From NCBI GenBank assembly GCA_026025075.1, contig JAPEUI010000103.1, forward strand, positions 1 through 56,806: a DNA stretch of 56,806 nucleotides, written 5' to 3'. Below the pieces are notes generated by a model. That model had not been told where the DNA came from and searched no databases. It worked only from the letters and a program-made list of their open reading frames with translations. Below, piece by piece: positions 11,144 to 23,657 of the stretch. How positions within the stretch are numbered: position 1 is the first letter of the stretch; each line of letters starts with the position of its first letter. A program made the position numbers and the translations under genes. Source of the DNA: Vezdaea acicularis (lineage: Eukaryota).

Positions 11144-14040
11144 GCTGGCGTGTAGTGAGCTGTCACAATCCACCACGGCCGGCCTCTGCCGTGCTCTTAG
11201 CATCTTTCCCTCAGCACACACGGCCTTTCCTGAAAACCCCATCACGTTCTCGGCTGTTTCTTCCGGATGGCCCACGGCTCACCGCGCAAGAAAAGAGTCG
11301 ATGCTATGGCGTCTCGTGGAATGCGCCGACGGCAGCGGTGTCGTGAAAAAGCAAAAGGGCAGCGCGTCGAGATTGGCACCGGATTGGGCATAAATTGGGG
11401 TGAGGGATGGCGGTTGGTGGAGCGAGACAATGGACGGCGCCATCAAGGATCGGCCGCGATAGTGCCTGCCGCTAAAACCCAGGTCGCATCGACTGAAGGT
11501 CAAGTGACTTAGCGCTGTTTGGGCCCGGGGACGGTGGCGCACAGGGAATGGGTCGAAGACGCCGATGCCGCCGGAAATTGCGTCGCCAGTCACAACGTCG
11601 CCAGGGCTGCAGTTTCGCCCTCATGCATGGGACCGTGCTCTTGCGCTTTTCGTGCGTCGAGACGGTCGTCGGGAGTCCACGATAATGATGAGCCTTAGCA
11701 GCAACGCCCTTTTCCCTACGTGGACCAATCCGCGGTGAGGTATTGCCGCCATCGATCGTTCTCCGTCCGGACCTCCTGCCGTAGCACGGTGCAGCGGTCG
11801 TGATCCGGCGGCATCGGAAAAATGAGGGCCGCTTCCTACTTGCTGAAAAACCCAAAACCTCCTCTTTGTTTGCCTGGTGGAACCCGCTCCGACATGCAGC
11901 AGCTGCAACTGGTGAGACAAGGAAGCCGGCCCTTCTTCGCCGTTGCTGCGATTTCCGCATCTGTTTGCGAGCGGCGAGGAGATGTCTCTCTTTGATGAGA
12001 GAGGTGGAGTCGATTGACGAACGCGTCGCCGCGATATCTGTCGGCTGGATGCACGTGCGCAGATCCCGTCTTATGCCCTCGCCGGGATCAGGACGCACCA
12101 GCGTTCCCCCATGGAAAGATGCATCGACGAGCCGACTGCATCTGGACGCTGCACTCCCGGCGATGCGGCGGGCAGTGGATTGGATTGCTCGATGCGATCT
12201 TGTTCTTTCGGTGAAGTGGTGAGGACGGCCCGAGATCGATCCAGTCGCCGTCTAGCGAGCAGGCAAAAAAGCAAAAAGTGCGGAGCGGACAAACCTGGGA
12301 AAATCCATGGGTTCGGGGACGGGCCGTTCCTCGCGACTTTTTCCTCTCCCGTCCAGACTGACAGGCGCTGTTATCCGCGACAACATTGGCCGGTCATTGA
12401 ATTGCTGCCTGCTTGCGGGCGCGAAGGAGCGCCCCACCATCCTCCCATTTTCGAGGCCTTGGGCAATTCTGGCTTGACCGCCGCAGGCGTATCTGACGGG
12501 CGTACGACAGTCGGGGGGCTCAGTTCGTATCCCCAGCAGGCCCCCTCCCCCCTTCTCTCGGACTATCGGGAGTTAAACCCAACACCGGACATCAGCGAAA
12601 GGTTTCACGTCCCTTCCCAGAGTCTTACCTTCAACATCGTGAACTCTCCCGCCCGATCATCTGATGCCTCCTCCGACGTCAGCCCCCCGCGCGTTGGGAG
12701 CGCCAACGCTCCAAGAAGAGTAACGGCGACGCCTTCTCCAGCTTCGGTGTCACGCAGATCTCGCGCTGCCGCTGATCGGAACACTCACTCCCCATCGCGT
12801 CGTCGTCCTGCAACGGCCCGCTGCTCGTTCCAGGCTCCTTTGGGCTCCTGGCATAGTCAATGTCGAAAGTGGCGCAGCAGATCGGAGATCCCGTGTGGTT
12901 GCGAATGAAGAGGTCTCACCGTTACGGCCGTGGACTTATTGTTTGCTTTCAGCAGGAAAGGGTAAAGCATTCTGCTGACCGCCGCCATGGATGTGTCGGG
13001 CGTAGAAGTTCTCTCGAAGAAGAGGGGCATGTATGTGTTGGCAGAAACGGCGGCGGGCGGCGACGATCGTTCTACGGCCTTTTCAATCTGGGAGAATGGC
13101 TCAGGCATCGGTGGCATATTACCTTTTTTCGGCAACGGGGAACGTTACAGAAGGGAGCCTATCAAGGAAGACGATGGCTGAGCCTAACTAAAGACCTCCG
13201 CATCCATCTGACGCGCCGCGCCTGGATTCTCCGCGGCGGGCGGAGGGCCCGCATCATCTGCACGTCGGAGGCACCGAATAATCAGACACCCAACTATCCC
13301 ACCGCCCCAATTCCTTTTTTTTTTCTTTTCCTAGTCTCGTTTTTCTTGATTGGTGAGTTCGGGTCCTAAATGCTGACCGGACGCGGGGCGTTCGCGCGCC
13401 AAATGCGGATCTACCCTTTTCCCTTCCCTTCCTTCCCGCTCCACTCTATTTTTGCTTTCCGGGAGGGAAGGAAAGTCGGCACTTTCCCCGACTCGACTTG
13501 ATGATGACACCACCCAAATACCCCTACATGTTGAAATCCAATATCTCACCGGTTCTTTATTCTCCCCTCCTTACCGCGCTCGCCGCCGCTTGCCGGGATC
13601 TGGGACCGATGCTCTATCTATCTATCTGGCTTTTTCTGGCTTCCTGGCTTCCTGGCTTGCAGGAGACTTGATGCGGAACCGATGCGGAAGGGAAGGGAAG
13701 GAAAGCTTATGCGGGGACTGCGTGCGGCGCGTACTTCCCGTGCGTGCGTTGCGTACCGGTCGGTCCCGTTCGTGCATGGGGCCTGCTTGTCTACGTTGCT
13801 GCTGCATGGTTCTGGGATGGTTCTGGGATGGGGATGGGGGAGGTGGTGACGAGGATGGATGAGGGGGACTATGGGGTGCGGGTTTGCCCGATGCTGTCTG
13901 TACCGTGGATTCCGATGAGGGAAACTTGGTCATTCGAGCCTGGATGACTTGCAGCTTCCTCTTTTTTTTCCTTTTCCTCGCGCCTGGCGACGAAGGGGAA
14001 TCGTGGCGATTCCTGCCGCGTTTGATGATGTAGCGATGTA

Positions 14041-15233
14041 CAGTGCCATGTCATAAATGTTCGTCCGATTTAAGCGAAAAATGGTTGTCGCGACCCCAAT
14101 CAATTAATACTTCGTATACCAGCCATCTGCCTCAATTACCGCGTTAATCCTTCGTGGCATGCTATCTAATAGGTTCTGAAAGGAATCCTCCGGAATCTGC
14201 TCCCAAGATTTAGGTAGAACTGAGCCCAAAACTTCCCTAATCTGCCCAGGTCCTTTTGCGCGTGATAGTCGGCCCTTGTCAATCTCATGCATCCCATTTT
14301 TGAGCGGAAACCATTGATGTTCAATGGGATTTAGGTCAGGGGAATATGGAGGCCAATCCAATACCTTAATTCCCATGTTTTCAAGCCATTGAGTGACTTG
14401 TCCAAAGGTATGAATTGGGGCATTATCATGCATAAATATCGTGTCTTCGTCTAGTAGAGTTGGGAGTTGAGTTTGTAAAAGGTCCAGATAGATTTTGCCA
14501 GTGATTCCACCCTTTGCACTATTTGAATCCCCTTCCATTACCACTAACTCAGATCTCCTTTCACCGGAAAATGCTGCCCAGACCATCACTGAAATTCTCC
14601 CATTTGGATTTGAATGTGTTATAGCATAGGGCTTCCATTTGTCTTCTGGGGGTCGAAGTACCCAAACTTGATCCATTCCAGACCCTTGTTGTACTGAACA
14701 CTCATCACTAAATGCCACCTTTGACCAATCTTTAATTGTCCAATCTCTTCTTGCTAAACACCATTGAAGTCTTCTTTGGGCTCGAAGAGTATCAAGAGGA
14801 GGTCTCTTAGCGGCTTTCCATTTGCGCTGGCCTTCTGCAAAAACCCGACGTTTAAAGGAGCTGAGACTGAGCTGTGGACAGATCTGAGCATTGGCAAACC
14901 GATAAATGGCTGTAGGCATAGCCTTAAACTGTTCAATTATCCCTTGGTCCTGTTCTTTGGTTGTCTTTCGAGGTCGGCCTTGTCGCATCCGGGACTTGAA
15001 CAGGCTTCGACCCATGCCTTCAGCGGCCCAGATACTCTGACAGGTGGTCTTAGGTACCCCTGTCTCACTTGAAATATCCCCAAAGCTCTTGCCTCCTGCC
15101 CTCAATCCACATATAAAAGCCCTCACGGTCGGGTCGTGCTCGCGGCGCTTTGGGGTCGTTCTGATCGGTGGCATGTTTTTGGTGTGTCGCGAAAATTCGC
15201 GAAAATCGGACGAACACTTATGACATGGCACTG
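14041..15233 (-). mobile_element. Full-length Tc1/mariner-superfamily DNA transposon (Tc1/impala-like), 1193 bp
   Basis: 31-bp terminal inverted repeats CAGTGCCATGTCATAA(A/G)TGTTCGTCCGATTT with one mismatch; TA target-site duplication at 14039-14040 and 15234-15235; internal transposase ORF; lower GC than flanks. Confidence 0.97.
14104..15174 (-). CDS. Tc1-type DD34E transposase, 356 aa
   Basis: N-terminal HTH and GRPRK linker; catalytic FSDE, HDNAPIH and WPPYSPDLNPIE with 34 residues between second D and E; C-terminal SMPRRINAVIEADGWYTKY. First ATG at 15174; no stops or frameshifts. Confidence 0.96.
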   Translation of the reverse strand: MPPIRTTPKRREHDPTVRAFICGLRAGGKSFGDISSETGVPKTTCQSIWAAEGMGRSLFKSRMRQGRPRKTTKEQDQGIIEQFKAMPTAIYRFANAQICPQLSLSSFKRRVFAEGQRKWKAAKRPPLDTLRAQRRLQWCLARRDWTIKDWSKVAFSDECSVQQGSGMDQVWVLRPPEDKWKPYAITHSNPNGRISVMVWAAFSGERRSELVVMEGDSNSAKGGITGKIYLDLLQTQLPTLLDEDTIFMHDNAPIHTFGQVTQWLENMGIKVLDWPPYSPDLNPIEHQWFPLKNGMHEIDKGRLSRAKGPGQIREVLGSVLPKSWEQIPEDSFQNLLDSMPRRINAVIEADGWYTKY

Positions 15234-18200
15234 TACCTTGGCTAGCGCAGTATAGTTCATCTAGCTAGGATCGTGTAGTCTACTACTACTACTACGCCTC
15301 CTCCCTTCTTCTTCCTCTCCCTGCGCCTCTCTTCCTCCCCTCCATCATCATCACAATCGCCACCCTCTCTCCCCAAAACACCAGCCGAGCCAATCCCGTG
15401 CGTCCGTGGGTATCCCACCGAGGCACATCGCATCGGTGTCTTTCTCCCCTTCCCTGCCACCAAAAAGGAAGGGCGGAAGGGAAAAAGTCGCCGCTGCTAC
15501 GCGCCCGGCCTGTTTTTTGTCTTTGCTCACATCATATGCGGTGGGGAGTGGTTGTCCTGTCATGCGGCGTTAGGACTCCAGGCTGGACCGGGCCACACCG
15601 TCCACTGTATCTGTGGGCATGTAATGCGTCAATGTGGCGCCTCTCGGCCCCTACTGCAAGTCCGGCTCGCTCCCGTTTCTGCGCAAGTCGGCCGCGTTTC
15701 TGGAGATACAGTAGCCTCGCTTGCTTCGTGCACATCCCGTTTTTCTGCAGCCTCTCTCCCCTCTGTCTATCGATCTCTCTGGCCAAAAAGAAAACCGTGC
15801 TACATTACTCCAGCCTTTTCGCGGCGTCTCTCCCCGGATGAAGACGGTATAAGAAAGAGCAGGCATGTCTCGCAATTAACCGCCACCGCCTATTGGCGCC
15901 CCGCCCTCCCTCCCTCTTCTCCTCTCACCACCATTACCACCGTTGTCGTTGTTCGTTGCTTGTACGTGCAGAATCTGCCAGCTGACCGCCTTTCGAGGGC
16001 TGGAGCCGGGCGTTGTGCCTTGCGTGGCCCTGCGCGCGGCCTCTGGTTGGTCAGGACGCTTCCTTCTCGGGTGGCCATATTTCACCCCTCCTCCCTCCCA
16101 CCCCTGGCGGGGTTCGCCTTTTTGACTTTTTTACCTTTTCGGGGGTTCGGCCGAGCTCCGGCATCATCGCTGCCACGCTCCTGTATCGATATTTCGATTG
16201 CCGGGTTTCCACTTTTTTTCGATTTTTTTGAGGTCATTTGTAGCTTTTTTGCTCGTGAGCCAATCTTCTTCCACCCTCCACCACTCTCCTCCCTCACTCC
16301 TTCCCAGTTCTGCTCCCGCTCAGAGTTTTGCGAAGCACGCTCCCTGTCTCAGCCGCATCACAGTCGCTTTGTCGGCTGACCCTGACAGGCGCACTGGTCC
16401 TCGCGCGCGCCCTGAACCGCCGCCCATTGAATATCGTCTGGTGGGGCAAGTATTTTCTGGTTCAGAATTGGTTGCAATGACGGTGGCGCATCGAGAAGAA
16501 GTGGGGCCTTTTGGATCAGACACTTGGTCTGTCCTCCTCCCTGGTCTGCGCGCTCGCCCTTCGAGGCTCTTGTCTCCAAGTCCCTTGCCGTTGTGACATC
16601 CCTCTCTCTCTCTTGCTCGCTCGCTCTTTCCCATCTGATGATCCTCCGGCGCCTTCCCACGTCGGCGACCCAGATGGGAAGGCCTCCCCCCCCCTCGCTC
16701 CGTCCTCATGCACACCGCGGCTCGGGCCCCCCGCACCCCTGACCGTCGACATCACCCCACCCTCAACGGCGGGTCCCCAGCGGGCGGTTCGGGTGAGACA
16801 TTCAGCCAGCGAAGGGATTGCCCTTGAGTGGCGCGCCCTCGTCACACCGAAAGGGGGGGGGGTGGGAGGGCAGGTCGTGCGCTTGCCAGCTCCTCCGTAT
16901 GTCACATCGCGGTCACTCGCTTTCTTTCGTTGCGATGGATCCTGCGCTTCGCTCGGTCTGGTTGGTCGCCTTTCGGGCCTGTTGCAGGCCACCCCCCCCG
17001 AGCGCATCCACCGCGGTGGAACCGTTGAATTTCCGTTTCCGTTCTCCGTTTCCATGTCCATGCCCATTTCCCCATCTCCCTCCATTCCGCCCTCCGCGCC
17101 CCCGCTTTCCCCCGGGCGGAATGGGCAGCAGAGTGGAGAGGGGGTGATCTTCGATCGGGGCGCCACTGGGCTCATGACTTGCTCGCAACGGCTTCTCGAC
17201 TTGCTCACCAGTCCGTCCACATACGCAAGGGCCCTCTTGCTCGGCCTTGACTTTCGGAGTGGGAAGGCCGGGTATGGCCTCTGCTGGCGTCGGCCGACCC
17301 GATGATTAGAAAAAGCTTCGAGGGCCCCCCCCCGTCGTCCCCTCCAATCTCCGTCGTTCTCGCATCCTCGTCGTCGAGCGATTCAATAGTCGTCCTCTCT
17401 CCGCGATCCGTCGTCCATCGTGGCTGCTCCGCCGGCGGAAAGCGCACTACGTCGACCGTCCCTTCCTCATCGACCCATCGCCCATCGCTCTTGGCCCTTG
17501 GCCCTTCGCGCTAGACCTCGGCACGTCATCGCTCGCATCTGACAGATCACCGCGCTCGCCTGTACCGCTGCAGTCGCTCCCGTCTATCGATTGACCGGGC
17601 GTGAGCGGGCCTGCGCGCGGTACGAAGCTATTTATTGATACTTCGACGCCTGACGACACCTGACCCGATCCGGCTCTTTCCCTCGCACTCAACGATTCCT
17701 TGATACTTCCCTGGCACACACACACCACACCAAGGAAACACCCTCCCCCCCTCCTGCCCCTCCCCCTCTCGACCGGGCCGCCCCCAATCGGTCTGCCCCC
17801 TTCGAGCTCGAGCTGCAGCTACGACGACTTCCCGCAACGTCACGCCGCACGCCGGCATAAGGCGGTTGCACGTTGAGCAGCTGCACGTCCACGCCGGCCG
17901 CCGCGCTCGACATCATCCCCACGGGACGGCGCGGGAAAAGCATCGGGCCTAGTGCTTTGAACGACGGCGTGGCGTCCGTCCGGAGGCTATATTTGTCGAG
18001 AGATACGGAGGGAGTCCAGCTAACCACCCACGACGTACCACCACTCTTACCACCACCACCACCACCACCACTGCGACGCCAAGCGGACCAACTGTCGCCA
18101 AGAAGGACCGACGAGAGACGGAGCTGTTATATCTCTGGCGCGAAGACGTAGGCCACCCCGCGACGTCCCCTTCCTCGTCGTATTCCTCGAGACCCTCCTT

Positions 18201-18272
18201 CTACTCTCTCATCCGCTTCTCAATCTCTCCTATCCCTCCTTCTCTCTCGCTCTCACACACACACACACACGC
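18201..18272 (+). repeat. CT-rich tract followed by (CA)n microsatellite; possible transcription-start region
   Basis: Pyrimidine-rich run and cacacacacacacac; CT-rich boxes often mark fungal core promoters (inference). Confidence 0.5.
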
Positions 18273-20778
18273 ACCTTCTCCTCTCGGAGTCGGCTCCGGC
18301 TCGACTATCAGCCGCCCTTGCTGGTCCCACTCATTCGGTCCTCCGTCGTCCGTCGCCGGGCCTCGCGGTCTTCTCACGCTATCGGCGCCGTCCCGCGTAT
18401 TCGGGCCAATCACGGCTCTCCCGTGTCATCTCGGTCCTGGCGCAAATCCCCAAGGCCGGTCCAAGTCAAGCCAAGCCCCGCCACGCACGGTGACGCTACG
18501 CTGGGACCTTGCTGCAGCCCGATAGAGGACGCACATCCTTCGTCAGTCACGTTAGGCCGCGCCCTTACCCTCGCCCTTCGCCCTCGCGCTCAACCCTCGC
18601 GAACATCCAACGACGGCCGACGCAGACGCACACGCACACGCACACCCAGAACCCACATCCACACCGCGCCCTGCTGCTGCTCTTCCCTGTTGCCGCTCGC
18701 TGCCCTTTCGTTCCAACGGGCCCGCAACCACTACCGCTGCACCCCACCACCACCACCCCGGCTGCGCGGGCAATCGCGCGACCGCGACTGCTCGGCCATC
18801 CGCTATACACCACGCCCTTGCCGTATTCGTACCGACCACGACCCGGACCTTCCTGCCTTCTCCTTCGCTCCTTCCTCCACCGACGGCCTGCACCGCCTCC
18901 GTCGTTGCGTCCATCCATTCCTCGTCACAGCAGCAGCAGCAAGCAGCTTCATCCTCCGCCCTTCCTCCCTCCCGTGGCGGGATCCGTTCCTTTTGTCTCG
19001 CGCTCTGTCCGCACCCGTCCCCGCGCTCCCGCTGCGTCGCGCCGAGGTCTCGCAGCCGCGGAAGGGGCTCGTCCGGCCGCGGGTAAAGAGGCGAGAGAGG
19101 GCAGACCCGTCGCTAAAGCGGTCGTCCCTGCCTCGCCCCGTCTGCAGGCTGCGGTCGTGGCCGTTGCCCTGGGTGGCCCCTCGGATTGCACCGGGCTCAG
19201 CCACGCCATCCGTGACCCGTTAGAGGGGTCCGAGCAACAGACTCGTCATCCGGTTGCCCTTGACCGCACGGCTCGTCTGAGCCTCCCCCGTAATCGCGCA
19301 AGGACCAGGACCACGACCAAGGGAGAAGTGACGGTGGAAGAGACAGCGAGAAAGGAAGGAAGGAAGGAAAGAAGAAAAGAAGAAAAGAAGAAAAAAAGTC
19401 GAATCGTTGGAGAGTCGAAGGCGAGTGGCTCCTTCCTCCCCAGACCGGGGTGCCGTCCGTCAGACGCAGTCATCCGCCCTCCCGGGTCACCGCAAGGCGC
19501 CATTATCATAGGCCGGGAAGAGCGAGCAGGCCAAAGTGCCGAAGCCGACGCAGGTGGTCTATTGCTGTTCAGTCCGTCCGTCCGTCCGTCTATCCGTCAT
19601 CATCAGTGTTTGAGGGCCACCCGCGCTGCTGGCCCATCTCATCACACACCCACACCCACTCGCGCGCCGCTTCGCAGGCGGAGGGATACGGGCGAGTGAT
19701 ATTGGTGGCACGCCGCATCACCCGCGCCGTCGAACAGCTGTCCTTTTCGGAGCCGGCGAGGGCCTGGTGAAAGAGAGGAAAAGGGTGGAAACGAAAGAGA
19801 GAGGAAGAGGGTCGTTGACCGCCTCGTGGGCATTTCGACGCGAAGCCCCCAGCGACCTGTTAGACGTGTGGCCCCGGTCGCGTGGGCTTGTCGTTCGATC
19901 AGCGAGCGGACGGCGGCTGAGAGGGACGAGACGCGCCGCGGTTAGCACGAGGACGAGGACGGGTCCGGCGAGCGCACAAAGAACGGCGAAAAAAATATTT
20001 TCAGGTGGCCAACGGGCATTCCTGAACATTCCGGAGAGACAAAAGGGCCCTGCGCTGCCCTCGACCTTTTTCCCCCTCGAAACAAAGTCTCAAACGTGCC
20101 CGCAGCGCATCCGACCGGCCAACCAGAAAAAAGGACGGTCCCGCCGACGTCCGTGTGGGTGTGCGAGGATTAAAGTCGGTCCATCCTCGGTGCTGGAGGG
20201 CACGACGCACGAACGCTATACGGCACAGTGAGTAGTGAGTGTGAGGTGTGAGCGAGCGGTGCGGTGCCAGAAAATAAACGATCGGCGTATCCTGGGCAAG
20301 CTGAGCAACGGGAGCAGCAAATCTCGCCTGCCGCCACCAACAATTGTCCCGTTAGGCTCTCGCGTGCAAAACTCCACCGGCGCCATCCTTGGAGGGGCCG
20401 AACCCGACTCGGCCACCCTCCCCTCCGGGTCCCCCCAAGCCTCCCCCCAGCGCGCGGCGGGCACCCTCTGGAGCGTCTGTCACAGGCCGCTGCTGTTTGC
20501 GGCAGCCATCCCAAGCCCAGGGCAAGGGGAACCTAAAATAATACCAGGCCCTCCGCCCCGGGTTCCTTTCGATCACTGGACCACGCACCCTCTTACTCAC
20601 CCTACCACCACCACCACCACTCTTCCTACTCTTCTGCCTTCTCCTCCTCTTCCCGCCGCCGCCTCACCCATCTTTTCTTCCCTCCTCCCTCTCTATTTTC
20701 TCGACCCTTTTCTTTCAGCCTCACCATTTTTGGGTGGGACTGTCTTTCTTCCTTTTCTCTCCGCCAGAACCCCATCGG

Positions 20779-21881
20779 ATGGGCCTCGGCGCACCGATGG
20801 ATTATCAAGCTTATCCACCGCAAGACCCATATGGGCCGCCGCCTCCACCCCACAGTATGTATAGCCAGCCCGCTCCACGGCAGCGGACCGCGATAGCGTG
20901 TAGATACTGCCGGCGACGTAAGGTAGGTTGCCAAATAGATCCCTTTCTCCCCCCCTTTGGGCGACAGGGAAACTCTTACTTATGGCGGAGTAGATTCGAT
21001 GCTCGGGGTTCGAGACCGCTCAAGACGGCCGTTGTGCGAACTGTACACGTTTCCACCAGGAGTGCATCTTCACGCCCGTCTCGTCGCAGACGCAAGCTTT
21101 CGTCCCGGCGCACACGGCGTATCCGCATCTTCGCAGCGCGAACTCTGCCCCCGGACGTGGACGGCCGGTCTATGGCCAGCTTTACGGCGCGCACGGGCAG
21201 CCTCTGGGGCAAGTACCCCCTCCGGAAGGCTACGCGGGAGAGTACAACCAGGGCTACGGCCAGCCGGCTGGCTACGGACGTTACGACGATGCAGCATCAG
21301 AAGCAGGTATGTTTTCTCGTATTGCAGATCTTGTTCCCTTCATCTAGGTTTCTTTTTTCGCATTCGAGTTCCTAACCACGTCTCTAGGCGGCAACCGTCT
21401 ACCTACCCCTCGACGCGGCTCCGGCGGGGAGTATGCGTATGGACAACCGCCAGCGAACTCTATTGGCGTAGCGCCGGTATCACCAGCAGCCTCGAACACT
21501 TCCTCGTACCAGGGTTATCCACAGCAACAGCCGCCACCGCCAGGATACTACGACCAGGCGGCCCCTCGTCGCGCCTCACCACCCTACTCGTACGACTCCC
21601 AAGGCTCGCCCCAAGGCTCGACGAGCACCGCATCTCCTGGCTATGCCTTTGGAACCTCGGGACTGCATCCACCGCAAGTTCTACCACCCCAAAGCGGCAC
21701 GACGCCGCCTCCACCGCCACAATCACAGCCGCCTCCGCCAGGGCAAGCTCCCCCACCGAACGGGCGCTCGACGTCGAGTATGAGCATACAGAACCTCTTG
21801 GGCGAAACGGGCGGTCGAAGCGCGGCAGACAACGACATGCTGAACGCGTTGAACCGCGGGCGTGGTCGAGGTGGCCGATGA
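20779..21881 (+). CDS. Zn(II)2Cys6 transcription factor lacking a middle homology region (tentatively McrA-like); exons 20779 (or 20797)-20922, 20994-21306, 21388-21881
   Basis: RQRTAIACRYCRRRK|IRCSGFETAQDGRCANCTRFHQECIF gives all six Cys; Pro/Gly/Tyr-rich body; C-terminal MSIQNLL..ADNDMLNALNR motif; two GT..AG introns keep frame. Orthology to Aspergillus McrA is from memory and unverified. Confidence 0.9.
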
Positions 21882-23657
21882 TGCCGAACGGGCGAGGTTT
21901 CGACCATGAGAATGACACTCTTCCAATTCGATTCGATCGGCCGGCTGGACCGGACAGTTGCGGTCCCCTCGACCTTTATGCGCTTTAGTAACATCATCGT
22001 CATCATCCCGTACACGCTTTCTCTCTCTCACGTCTGGGCGGCTCTACCTGCTTTTTTCTTGATCAAGCGCACTTTTAGCAAATCATGTCCTTTTTTTTTT
22101 TCGTGGTGGGGCTTTCTCGGCGACAACAGCGCTCGAACTCGGGGGAAAGGGGTTTTGCAATGAGTGGGCGGGTAATTGGTTGGGTGGCAGCAATATCCTC
22201 TTTCTCTCTATTATCAGATCTCCGTCTCCGCCACCTCTCTCGAATTTTCCCTAGACCTGCACTTTTCCTCTCGTCTCGACCACCGCTTTCCTCCTGCTCC
22301 TTACATTGATGCTCTGGTCTTTTATGCGTCGGCGGCTACAGTCTGTTTTAATTTGCGTTTTGTGTTTGTCTCTCTTCTCGCTCTCACCCCCTCTCTGCCA
22401 CGCCACCCCCCCCTGTTTTCTCCTGCATCGGCTTGAGAAGCTGGGGTCTTCCCCTATCCAACCCTCCCCTTTTTCCTTTCAAATCTCTCGTCTAAAGAAC
22501 GGCTCCTGTATCTCCTTCACTTTTCATTTGCTATGTCGCTCAAGAGATGGTTTTGAAATCGTCGGGAACACATCTACGCCGCCACTGCCGCCGCCACCGC
22601 CACATCACACACACACCGTGATTGTTTTTCCGTGGACTAAGGGGGGACTGCTGGAGGTGGTTCTGATATTTTTGATTTTTTTTTGCGCTTTTATCATAAA
22701 GCTAGCATTTGAGCGGAAAGGGAAAAGGGTGGGAAAGCAGGGGGGGACGGCAAATCTGGGGCGGATGGGCGGGCGGGCTGGCTGGCGGGGTTCTTTTTTT
22801 ATTGTTCGAGCGTTCCTTTTTTTTTTTTTTCAAGTTTAGTTAGGTATTTAAGATTTGTTGATTTTGTGTTTTGAGTGTGGTTTCTGTTGTAGTGAGCTGC
22901 TGTAGCTGGGATTTGTGCGCTGGATGATATACTTCTGTCTCGCTTTCTCTCTCTGTCTGCCCTGCCTCCTTCCCATTCGGATTCGGATTTCGGACCTGGC
23001 GACTTCCTCTCGTTCTGCGATGGGGTGCGCGGGGTGGATGGGTGGGTTTGCTTCTTCCCCCCCCCCCTCTCTACTCTCCACCCCCTCTCCTCTCCCACCT
23101 CTACTCCTACTCACATACCACCCCACACCCGCTTCTCCTTCTCCGAGGGGGGTGTCCATGCCCATCCCGTCCCTCCCAACGCCTATCCCTAACCTCCCTT
23201 TCCTAAACGGAGGGCGAGGGAATATGCCTTGCACGGGTGGACCGATACACTGATACACCAACGGACGGACGGACGGACGGAGGGAGGGACGGATGGACGG
23301 ACAGACGAAGTTCGTGCTGATGCTGCTCCCCCGTGGCGGGGTCAAAGGGATTGAAGGGGGGAGGGGGGGGGGAGGGTATAGTGAGGTGGATTAAGGGGGG
23401 AGGAGGAGTGGATGACGGCTATGGAGAGTGAATCGATCAGACCAAGTAAATGCGAAGACCCATGCTATTAGACTATAGTACAGTACCAACGCACAGAACA
23501 CAAGAAAAAGTCCCTGCTACACCCCTTCCCTGAATGCAACCAGCCAGCCATTAGCACCTCCTTTCCAGCCGAACGCACAGCTCAAGCCCCGAGCCAGCCA
23601 AAGAAAAAAAAGAAGAAAAAAAAAGGAAGAATCCATCACAAACCAGTGAGTCCCTTT

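Noticed and set aside
15175..15231. 19-aa N-terminal extension of the transposase in the ORF track
   Set aside because: Starts at a GTG inside the TIR; first ATG is 15174.
15398..20864. Many long overlapping ORFs (e.g. 15552-16379, 16511-17305, 18318-19223, 18509-19699)
   Set aside because: Arg/Pro/Ser-rich, mostly non-ATG starts, open on several frames at once; expected in GC-rich, stop-poor non-coding DNA.
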